From assembly GCF_006345805.1 (NCBI RefSeq), contig NC_043003.1, forward strand, positions 112,964,001 to 113,028,000: a stretch of DNA of 64,000 bases, in the 5' to 3' direction. This stretch comes from Octopus sinensis (lineage: Eukaryota). Numbering within the stretch: position 1 is the first letter of the stretch; every line of letters begins with the position of its first letter. Below, piece after piece: positions 41,707 to 51,700 of the stretch. Position numbers and translations under genes: made by a program. Under the pieces are notes generated by a model. It was not told the origin of the DNA and searched no databases. It worked only from the letters and a program-made list of their open reading frames with translations.

Positions 41707-43494
41707 TCACCTGGCTCCAAGCTATACGTGTTGTTATCTGTGACTAGACAGTGAAGTTTTGTTCTGTGTGAAGTGATTAATATCGCGCGAGGCGTTTGCC
41801 TCCACGTGTGGAAACGTTCTGAAGAAGGTGAATTGACCCTCTAGTCATGGCGACTTACGCGGGGGTCACGGGAAAAAAAATAATGATTCGTCGATAATCG
41901 TGAAGGATGTTTTCTTTGAGAAGAGTAAACTCAAAGAATATGAAAAGCTCTTCAAAAGGGAGGGTGATAGCGTGAAGCTAATCCCCCCCGCGAAAGCAAA
42001 AGAGGACAAAGAAAACAAGACAGTGACAAATAGAACCAAGACAAAAATACGAAGAAACTGGCAAGAGTGGAGATAGCCGAAATCGAAAAATGTCTGGGAG
42101 ACATAATGGGGAAATCAACCTACGTGAGTAGAGGCAAGAAATTTGGTACGGTGGAGGTGAGATGTGCAACGGAAGAAATTGCAGCCTCACTGGCTACCAC
42201 TGTACTAAGAGCCGAAAAATTTATAATGTGGCCCTCATACAAGGGAAGAAGAGGGATCCGGGTTAAAATCCCGAATATACCCCCAGAAGTGAAAACAGAA
42301 TGGCTGGCAACAGCTATTCTAGGAGCAGCAGACAGAGGAAGTGGAGGTGGAATCCTTTAAGGAGTCCAAGGCGGTAAACTGGAGAGGATATGGGGTAGAA
42401 CTGTGTTTGATGGCCACAAAAGAGGACATTGAAAGGTTCCCCTACAGAATAGAAATTGAAGATGAGAAAACCCTCAGTGTAATTGTAGAGGAAGAAAAAA
42501 CGAAACTGTTACTTGTGCGGGACAAGGGGGCACATTAAAAAAGAGAGCCCGTTATACGAATTCGTAGCGGAGTGCGAGCAGGAACTTGAAGAAAAGAGAA
42601 TACGGTAAATGAAAAAGAAAACATAGAAAAGGAAACAAAACAACAAGAGAAAGGAAATAATAAGTCAATGAAGGAAAAAGAAATAAAAGAAAAAGAAAGA
42701 AATAGAACCAAAACAGAGTCAGGAAAAAAAAAAGGAAAAAGAAACAACAGGAAAAAAAACAAGAGAGAGATCAGAATCAAACGAAAAGAAAAGACGGCAC
42801 ACAAAAAGAAAAAGAAAAGGAACATAAAACACGAGAGAAAGAGAGAACAGACACAAGAACCAAAAAAGACAAGAGAAGGAAGAAAAAAGAAAAGAAGGCA
42901 AAAAGAGAGAAAGAGAGAAACAAAGAGAGGAGAACAAGGAAGAAATAAGCCCGAAAAGAAAAACGAAGGAAAACGTAGGACGGAAACAAGATTACTGCTT
43001 CTACAAGTTAGTAACCTTCCATTTCTGCCCTGAAATGAAAGACTTGACATGTAATACGGAGGGACATATATGGGTCAACAGGATGACCGATCAGTGGCAG
43101 GAGACTGCTCTAATCCCCGAAGAAAGAGTCGCTGAGTTCCTCAGAGCTGCCGGAGAGAGTGTAATATTTTACACGAGTGTTCGAGTGAGAGAGCGGCTGC
43201 CTGAGGGCTCAGTGATTGACTTTAGAGAATTGAAAGCTATTATGGAATACGTATAGAATTGTGAGAAGAGAGAGAAGAAAGAAGAGAAAAAAGAAAATAT
43301 TGCGAAATATATGTGACGAAAATGTAACCTCTCGATTCCGGGGATCGAGTGGGCATTTACATCTCATTGTAAATATTCTTTCATATGTCATTTTTTACTT
43401 TTATTTTTTCCTTTTCTTGTCATTCGCTTTCTTATTTTAAGTTCCCCGATTGTACTGTCCCATCTATGTTCGCCCCTTGTGGGTAGTAATAAAA
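41707..43494 (+). mobile_element. ORF1-only (gag-only) non-LTR-type element, copy 1 (1788 bp)
   Basis: Tandem unit with a 1788-bp period to copy 2; 140-nt 5' UTR, one long reconstructable ORF, 3' UTR, A-rich end. Confidence 0.85.
41847..43256 (+). CDS. Tx1/L1-type ORF1-like protein, ~470 aa if frameshifts are corrected
   Basis: MATYAGVTG...GTVEVRC...GVRVKIPNIPPEV...VIVEG.KPNCYLCGTRGHIKKESP, K/E-rich linker, ...IMEYV; ATG-to-stop span 1410 nt; several frameshifts, mostly in homopolymers. Confidence 0.8.
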
Positions 43495-45281
43495 TCACAT
43501 GGCTCCAAGCTATACGTGTTGTTATCTGTGACTAGACAGTGAAATTTTGTTCTGTGTAAAGTGATTAATATCGCGCGAGGCGTTTGCCTCCACGTGTGGA
43601 AACGTTCCGAAGAAGGTGAATTGACCCTCTAGTCATGGCGACTTACGCAGGGGTCACGGGGAAAAAAAATAATGATTCGTCGATAATCGTGAAGGATGTT
43701 TTCTTTGAGAAGAGTAAACTCAAAGAATATGAAAAGCTCTTCAAAAGGGAGGGTGATAGCGTGAATCTAATCCCCCCCCCCCGCGAAAGCAAAAGAGGAC
43801 AAAGAAAACAAGACAGTGACATATAGAACCCAAGACAAAAATACGAAGAAGCTGGCAAGAGTGGAGATAGCCGAAATCGAAAAATGTCTGGGAGACATAA
43901 TGGGGAAATCAACCTACGTGAGTAGAGGCAAGAAATTTGGTACGGTGGAGGTGAGATGTGCAACGGAAGAAATTGCAGCCTCACTGGCTACCACTGTACT
44001 AAGAGCCGAAAAATTTATAATGTGGCCCTCATACAAGGGAAGAAGAGGGGTCCGGGTTAAAATCCCGAATATACCCCCAGAAGTGAAAACAGAATGGCTG
44101 GCAACAGCTATTCTAGGAGCAGCAGAAGAGGAAGTGGAGGTGGAATCCTTTAAGGAGTCCAAGGCGGTAAACTGGAGAGGATATGGGGTAGAACTGTGTT
44201 TGATGGCCACAAAAGAGGACATTGAAAGGTCCCCTACAGAATAGAAATTGAAGATGAGAAAACCCTCAGTGTAATTGTAGAGGGAAGAAAACCAAACTGT
44301 TACTTGTGCGGGACAAGGGGGCACATTAAAAAAGAGAGCCCGTTATACGAATTCGTAGCGGAGTGCGAGCAGGCAGGAACTTGAAGAAAAGACGGAATGG
44401 AATGAAAAAGAAAACATAGAAAAGGAAACAAAACAACAAGAGAAAGGAAATAATAAGTCAATGAAGGAAAAAGAAATAAAAGAAAAGAAAGAAATAGAAC
44501 CAAAACAGAGTCAGGAAAAAAAAAGGAAAAAGAAACAACAGGAAAAAAACAAGAGAGAGATCAGAATCAAACGAAAAGAAAAGACGGCGGCACACAAAAG
44601 AAAGAAAAGAACATAAAACACGAGAAAAGAGAGAGAACAGACAAAGAACAAAAAGACAAGAGAAGGAAGAAGAAAGAAAAGAAGGCAAAAAGAGAGAAAG
44701 AGAGAAACAAAGAGAGGAGAACAAGGAAGAAATAAGCCCGAAAAGAAAAACGAAGGAAAACGTAGGACGGAAACAAGATTACTGCTTCTACAAGTTAATA
44801 ACATTCCATTTCTGCCCTGAAATGAAAGACTTGACATGTAATACGGAGGGACATATATGGGTCAACAGGATGACCGATCAGTGGCAGGAGACTGCTCTAA
44901 TCCCCGAAGAAAGAGTCGCTGAGTTCCTCAGAGCTGCCGGAGAGAGTGTAATATTTTACACGAGTGTTCGAGTGAGAGAGCGGCTGCCTGAGGGCTCAGT
45001 GATTGACTTTAGAGAATTGAAAGCTATTATGGAATACGTATAGAATTGTGAGAAGAGAGAGAAGAAAGAAGAGAAAAAAGAAAATATTGTGAAATATATG
45101 TGACGAAAATGTAACCTCTCGATTCCGTGGATCGAGTGGGCATTTACATCTCATTGTAAATATTCTTTCATATGTCATTTTTTACTTTTATTTTTTCCTT
45201 TTCTTGTCATTCGCTTTCTTATTTTAAGTTCCCCGATTGTATTGTCCCCTCTATGTTCGCCCCTTGTGGGTAATAATAAAA
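43495..45281 (+). mobile_element. ORF1-only element, copy 2 (1787 bp)
   Basis: Near-identical to copy 1; differs by scattered substitutions and indels. Confidence 0.85.
43635..45043 (+). CDS. ORF1-like protein, copy 2 (frameshifted)
   Basis: ORF pieces 43635-43826, 43816-44244 and 44822-45043 join into the same protein as copy 1. Confidence 0.8.
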
Positions 45282-47208
45282 TCACATGGAGGAAATCTAT
45301 CCACGTGTGTTGTGAGTTATTTTGTATGTGAAAATTGGAAAACAAAACTGTGTAAAAATTGTCAAAAAATTGAATCGCGCGAGGCGTTTGCCGCTACGTG
45401 TTTGAACTTTTATAGAGGTGTGTCGACCCTCAAGTCATGGAGACTTACGCGGGGGTCGCCACAACAAAAAGTGACGAGTCTCTTAGAATAAAAGAAGTGT
45501 CTTTAGAAAAGAACAATTGAAGGAATACGAGAAGTTCGTCAAAAGGGAGGGTGACAGCGTGAAGCTGGTCCCGCCTGTGGAAACAATAGAAGAGAAAAAT
45601 AACAAGACGATAACGTATAGAACGCAAGATAGAAACACGAGAAAACTGGTGAGAGTGACGATTGAAGAAATAGAGAAATGTCTGGGGGACATCATGAAAA
45701 AAGCGACTTTTGTAGACAGAGGAAAGAAATATGGTACGGTGGAGGTGAGATGCGCAACAAGGAAGTGGCGGCCTCATTGGCTTCCACTGTCCTGAAAGCG
45801 GAAAATTTCACCATGTGGCCGACGTATAAGGAAGACGAGGGGTACGGGTAAGAGTCCCAAAGGTGCCCCCAGATATTAAAACAGAAATGCTGGTAACAGC
45901 CATTATTGGGGCAGCAAAAGAGGAAGTAGAAATAGGGTCAATTAAGGAGACGAACGTTGTAAATTGGAAGGGATTCGGAGTAGAGTTGTGGCTGATGGCC
46001 ACAATGGAAGACATCGAAAGATTTCCCTTCCAAATAGAAATAGAAAACGAGAAAACAATTAGTGTAATAGTGGAAGGCAGAAAACCGAATTGCTACCTGT
46101 GCGGATCAAGAGGCACATAAAAAAGGAATGTCCGCTGTATGAATTCACAGCGGAGCAAAAAGAGACACAAAGTGGAGAGAAGGAAAACGAACACGAAGGA
46201 AAGAACAGCGAAAACAAGGAAAAGGAAATAACGGAGAAGAAACAACAAGAAAGGGAAGTAACAGCGCACTGAAGGAAAATGAAAACAAAGGGAAGAAGAT
46301 AGTAGAAAAGGAGCAAAATTCACAGGGTGCAGAAGTAGTGGAGAAGGAGCCAAGGCAGAAGCAAGAGAAAGAAAAGGAAAGTACATTAAAGGAAAGAGAA
46401 AAAGCAGGAAAAGAACAAGAGAAGGAACAGAACCAAGAGAAAGGAAAAGATGGTATGCAAAAGGAAAAGAAACAACAGGAAAGGAACTTAGGCACAGGGT
46501 AGAGAGAGGCAGACAAAGAGCCAAAAAGACAAGAGAAGGAAAAAGAAAGAAGAGAAAGCAAAAAGGAGAGAAAGAGAGAAACCGAGGGAGGAGAAAAAAG
46601 AGGAAGTAATCCTAAGAGAAAAACTAGAGAAAACGTAGGTACGAATAGAAAATTCAAATACTATGGAACGTGTGATCCATCACAGGCACTATGAGGAGAT
46701 GGAAGATTTAATAAACGTAACAAACGGATATACGTGGGTCAGGATGGGCACCGAATGGAAAGAAACAGGTGCACTCGTCCACGAGAACGACGCCGAGGCG
46801 TTCATCGAGGCAGCTGGCAAGAACGTGTCAAAACATATGAAATGCCGACTTACAAGGTGGCCTCGAACGATGGAAGTTTACTCAGATTTGGTAGACATAA
46901 TGGAGTATATATAAAAGAAAAGGTATTGTGAAAACTTTAATTTGGAAATGATAAAAAGAACTTTAAATTCTGAAAAAAAAAAAAAGAAATGTTGAACTTT
47001 GTAAAACTTTTGAAATGTATGTTGAAAATGTATAAAATGTTTTATTTGGAAAATATTGTTGACGAATAAAAAACAAATGACGAAATGTAACCGCTCGATT
47101 TCGGGGATCGAGTGGGCATTACACCACATTGTACAAACTTCATAATTCATTATTCATTTTCCCGATTGTATTGTCCCATCTATGTAGCCCCTAGTGGGTA
47201 ATAATAAA
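45282..47208 (+). mobile_element. ORF1-only element, copy 3 (diverged subfamily, ~1.93 kb)
   Basis: Same architecture and termini, many synonymous and conservative changes. Confidence 0.85.
45437..46914 (+). CDS. ORF1-like protein, copy 3 (frameshifted), with all four CX2CX4HX4C ligands if one base is restored
   Basis: METYAGV...KEYEKFVKREGDSVKLVPP...YGTVEVRCAT...VIVEGRKPNCYLCGSRG(H)IKKECP...IMEYI. Confidence 0.8.
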
Positions 47209-47213
47209 ACAAC

Positions 47214-47560
47214 ATGGAGGAAAGCACATTCGAAAAGTGCGACTATTAAAGATATCTAACTGGAGGCGGTAAATTCACCGCAATAGAAGCAAGGTTCGTG
47301 TCAACGGAGCGTGCAAGGGAGTACTCGACTCGAACTTGTAAAGTGGAAATATTTTACTTTTACCTTTATATCTGGGACGTAGGACGTGCCGGAAAAAAAT
47401 TTAAAATGCTCCCCCCCCGCCCCAGAAGTAGCGGTAGGGTGGATTGTAGCCACACTTCTATACAAGAGGGAGGACAAGATACAATTGATCGAAATTACAA
47501 GAGGCGGGCTAACAATTATAGTCTGTTATATATTTTGAGTATTATCACTACCGTTATCAA
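47214..47560 (+). pseudogene. Fragment of a more diverged Tx1-type ORF1 directly after the array
   Basis: MEESTFEKC..*RYLTGGGKFTAIEARF...AREYST and PLYLGRRTCR...PP.PEVAVGWIVATLL align by eye with EIEKC...RGKKFGTVEVRC and PSYKGRRGVRVKIPNIPPEVKTEWLATAIL. Confidence 0.7.
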
Positions 47561-47701
47561 GATATAACTTTGTATTTTGTATTTTATGTGTAGATGTATA
47601 TATATAGATGTACATGTAATATGTACACATATATATACACATATATACATGCACTAGCACTATGGCCCGTCGTTGCCGAGTCTTTAATGCTAGTATATAT
47701 C

Positions 47702-47766
<65 letters not shown>

Positions 47767-47770
<4 letters not shown>

Positions 47771-48105
47771 CTTTCGGTCATGACTGACCATGAATTGAAC
47801 CTAGAAAGTTACCCCTCCCAGGCACAAGTCCGGATAAGGTTGTTTTTTTATGGAAGACCAGCAGTCGCCCATGCATACCGGTCTCCCCTCACCACACCAC
47901 TAGTGTTATCCAAGGGAAAGGCAAAGGGGCCGATACAGCTTGTTACCTATGACGTCGCAACTCATTTCTTCAGCTGAGTGAACTAGAGCAACGTGAAATA
48001 AAGTGTCTTGCTCAAGAACACAACACGCAGCCCGATCCGGGATTGGAACTCACAACCTCACGATTGTAATCTCGACGCTTTAACCACTGAGCCATGTGCC
48101 TTCAC
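47767..48105 (-). mobile_element. tRNA-headed SINE with CORE-like body
   Basis: TGGCTCAGTGG / GAGTTCCAATCC boxes and TTCTTGAGCAAGACACTT body on minus strand; 3' half differs from 40527 copy. Confidence 0.8.
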
Positions 48106-48110
48106 AATCA

Positions 48111-48153
<43 letters not shown>

Positions 48154-48285
48154 GGCGATGGAGTTGTTCTGACTCTTATTTCTAGCAATGCTGGTACTAC
48201 CTAGCACCCTGTCACTTTAGTAATGATTATAAATTTGCTTTTAAGTTGTCAAATTGCTAATAAGCCACCCATATCATTTGTATGT

Positions 48286-48316
<31 letters not shown>

Positions 48317-48404
48317 CACACACACACACCACACACACACACACAGACAGAGTGCGTGTATGCATTTGTATGTGTGCTTCTTCCCCTACGGCTTGACAAA
48401 GAGA

Positions 48405-48642
48405 ATATATATTTCTTTACTACCCACAAGGGGCTAAATATAGAGGGGCCAAACAAAGACAGACAAACGGATTAAGTCGATTACATCGACCCCAGTGCGT
48501 ACCTGGTACTTTATTTATCGACCCCGAAAGGATGAAAGGCAAAGTCGACCTCGGCGGAATTTGAACTCAGAATGTAACAGCAGACGAAATTCGGCTACAC
48601 ATTTCGACCGGCGTGCTAACGTTTCTGCCAGCTCGCCGCCTT
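48405..48642 (-). mobile_element. SINE family A
   Basis: Full-length family match on minus strand. Confidence 0.9.
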
Positions 48643-48779
48643 TACAAAGAGAATAGTTTGTTAATATCCGTATAACTTAGCGGTTCGGCAAAAAAAAAGC
48701 TATCAAAGTAAATACCAGACTTAAAAATTAAGTATTGGTGGAGATTTGTTTGGCTAAACACTTCGGTGCTGTGGCTGAC

Positions 48780-49400
48780 CCTTCATCCTCATGGGTGCGA
48801 GACGTGCCGGTGCCTGAGATGGCTGTTGAGGCCAAGAGTGGAATAGAAGAACCAAAGGCATTTGTGGCAGGAGTGCGTTGGCACAAGGAAGTGTGAGTCA
48901 CTCTTTGTGTCCTTGACATTTGATCGCTGCCTCTTATTGTCTGTTATTTTCCATCAGGTCCATTCCTTTGACAATGACGTACCGCCAATTTGGGCCATCC
49001 TTGTCAATTGTCTCCCAGGAATTTGGGTCAATGGAGTAGCAGAAGAGAGTGACTTTGGACTGGTCTCAGATATGGAATTTGGGGGCCCGCATGATCTGGT
49101 ACCTGAGGCCGACTCAGTTGACGCGGGAAGCGCGTTGGAGGCATATGCATGATGTGTCCTACTGTCTGCGAAAAGAAGACTCCAATTGAAAAATCATCAC
49201 TGTTCTGTGGGTTGGCGTAAACAAGGCGGATCTCAGTTATATCTGAGATATCCAGCAACCAGCTGCAACCACTCCAGCCATATCCAGCAGTATGCCATAA
49301 TTTCCAGTGGTACCGCTGTTGAAGGCCGCTGGCCAAGTGCGTGGGCCCTGTGATGCAACACAAAATGCATCCTAAACAAAATTACGGGAAGGCCATGTGA
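48780..49400 (-). mobile_element. RTE-clade LINE 3' coding end with terminal C2H2-like finger
   Basis: GHIMHMPPTRFPRQ...IDPNSWETIDKDGPNWR...CHKC...LGLNSHLRHRH across frameshifts. Confidence 0.7.
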
Positions 49401-49652
49401 GGCGCTCTGCTTTCTTCCCTAGGCCTAGTATCGATAGTAAACATGGCAACGGAGCCACATGCTAGCGGCTTTCATGTGAAGATCGTCCTGTACATGTGTA
49501 TATATATATATGTGTGTGTGTGTGTGCAAATCTATTTATATATATATATATTATTGTCTGTATGTTGTGTGTGTATGTATGTAACATGTCTGCGTATGTA
49601 TTTATGTATATAGTTAACACGGGTTTATTTATATCTAGTTTTACATGAAAGC

Positions 49653-49700
<48 letters not shown>

Positions 49701-49728
49701 AGCATACACACACATACTCTCACACGCT

Positions 49729-49765
<37 letters not shown>

Positions 49766-50454
49766 CACACACACACACGAAAGCAAAATTCGCCGGTGCT
49801 TTAACTGTATATTTACAAGGAGGAGATTAAATAATATTTTTGGCAGTGGTAGTAAATGGAATTATATGTTTAAAACGTTGGCTTATTTTCTGTAGATTTC
49901 TCTGAAGACTTGAAAAGTGGTTGACAGAGATTGTCTGCCAAAATGATGAACCTTGGCTGTCATTAGTTAAGAACTGAAAGGCAAACAATTTCTGACCGTA
50001 TTTCATGTTGCTATTACACGTTGGTACTATTCTGGTCAACTTTAAGTATGTAGTTGGGTCTGAAGGATAAAGTAATTCGTCGCGTCGACTAAACTTGAGA
50101 TAACCCGGTGGAAGTCATTGACTTCTTATTCAGTGAAATGGTTGAAAGAATACATTTCCACAAAAACGGTTATATTTATAAGTACATGCATACACTTATA
50201 TGTCCATGTGTACGACTGTGTGGGGGTTGTACGTGTCTGTGTGCATATGTGTGCTTGTGTGTATGTGTATGTTTGTGTGTGTGTAAACTAAGATGCAAAA
50301 GAAATGCTGACACCAAAATCCCTTCACGTCGACGTTAACGTATTTTATGAAAAACTTTATTCATCAGAAAACTACAGATTTAGTATTTGTAACCTCGCTT
50401 ATATTTCCTTCTCTACTCACATTATTGTTATTATTATTTTTATTGTTTTAAGAC

Positions 50455-51190
50455 TGCGACCTGGTAGAAACGTTAGCACGCCGGGCGAAATGCTTAGTAG
50501 TATTTCGTCTGCCGCTACGTTCTGAGTTCAAATTCCGCCGAGGTCGACTTTGCCTTTATTCTTTCGGGGTCGATAGATTAGATACCAGTTACGCACTGTG
50601 GTCGATATAATCGGCTTAATCCGTTTGTTTGTCCTTGTTTGTCCTCTCTGTGTTTAGCCCCTGTGGGTAGTAAAGAAATAGGTATTTCGTCTGTCTTTAC
50701 GTTCCGAGTTCAAATTCCGCCGAGGTCGACTTTGCCTTTCATCCTTTCCAGGTCGATTAAATAACTACCAGTTACGCACTGGGGTCGATATAATCGACTT
50801 AATCCGTTTGTCTGTCCTTGTTTGTCCCCTTTATGTCTTGCCCCTTGTTGGTAGTAAAGAAATAGGTATTTCGCCCGTCACTACGTTCTCAGTCTAAATT
50901 CCGCCCAGGTTGACTGTGCCTTTGATCCCTTCGGAGACGATAAATTAAGTACCAGTTTAACACTAGGGTCGTTATAATCGACTGGCCCCTCCCCCGCCAA
51001 TTGTTGCCTTTGTGGCAAAGTTTGAAACCATTATTATTATTATTGTTAAGGCGTCAAGTTGGCAGAATCGCTAGCACGCCTGGTGAAATGCATGGCGGCA
51101 TTTCGTCCGTCTTTACGTTCTGAGTTCAGATTCCGCCGAGGTCGACTTGCCTTTCACCGATAAATTTAGTACTTATGATTACTGGGGTCG
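50455..51190 (+). mobile_element. Head-to-tail multimer of SINE family A (3 joined units plus one further partial copy)
   Basis: Units restart at GGTATTTCG at 50681 and 50865; new head near 51048. Confidence 0.92.
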
Positions 51191-51199
51191 ATTTAAAAA

Positions 51200-51500
51200 G
51201 AAAGGAAAAAAGAGAGTCACTTATTGTAATGTTTTTTTTTTTTTGCATTACACTTTTACACAATGTTACCGTGTTCTTTTCCGTAGGCTTTTCTTTCCAC
51301 TGATGAACCTAATCTGTTTTCTCTTTTTAGATAGACATTTCTGTGATATACGGTCCCTATTGATCGGCCTTTTTTTTTTTTCCACGATCCCTTCAGATCG
51401 GAATTCGACCCACTTTTTTTACACTTCTTCCCAAAAAGAAAAGCTCTACTTCGCGTTTTGTCCCCTCTGTGTTCAGCCCTGCGTGGCCAATAGAGAAACA
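51200..51500 (+). mobile_element. Probable Tx1-like LINE 3' UTR remnant
   Basis: T-rich UTR ending TTTTGTCCCTCTGTGTTCAGCCCTGCGTGGCCAATAGAGAAA, like the 19.4-kb LINE end. Confidence 0.55.
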
Positions 51501-51520
51501 TATCTGTCTGCCTGTCATCC

Positions 51521-51545
51521 ATCCATCCATCCATCCATCCATCCT

Positions 51546-51620
<75 letters not shown>

Positions 51621-51700
51621 GTCTATCCATACATACATACATACATACATACATACATACATACATACATACATACATACATACATACATACATACAGAT
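51521..51700. repeat. (ATCC)n-(ATCT)n-(ATAC)n compound microsatellite
   Basis: Directly visible. Confidence 0.97.

Noticed and set aside
42535-46657. Minus-strand F/L/S-rich membrane-protein-like ORFs
   Set aside because: Antisense shadows of the purine-rich K/E linker of ORF1
41495-47208. Array read as an LTR retrotransposon (repeated ends as LTRs) or a CRISPR-like array
   Set aside because: Whole units repeat, there are no TG...CA ends, PBS or pol, and there is no repeat-spacer structure
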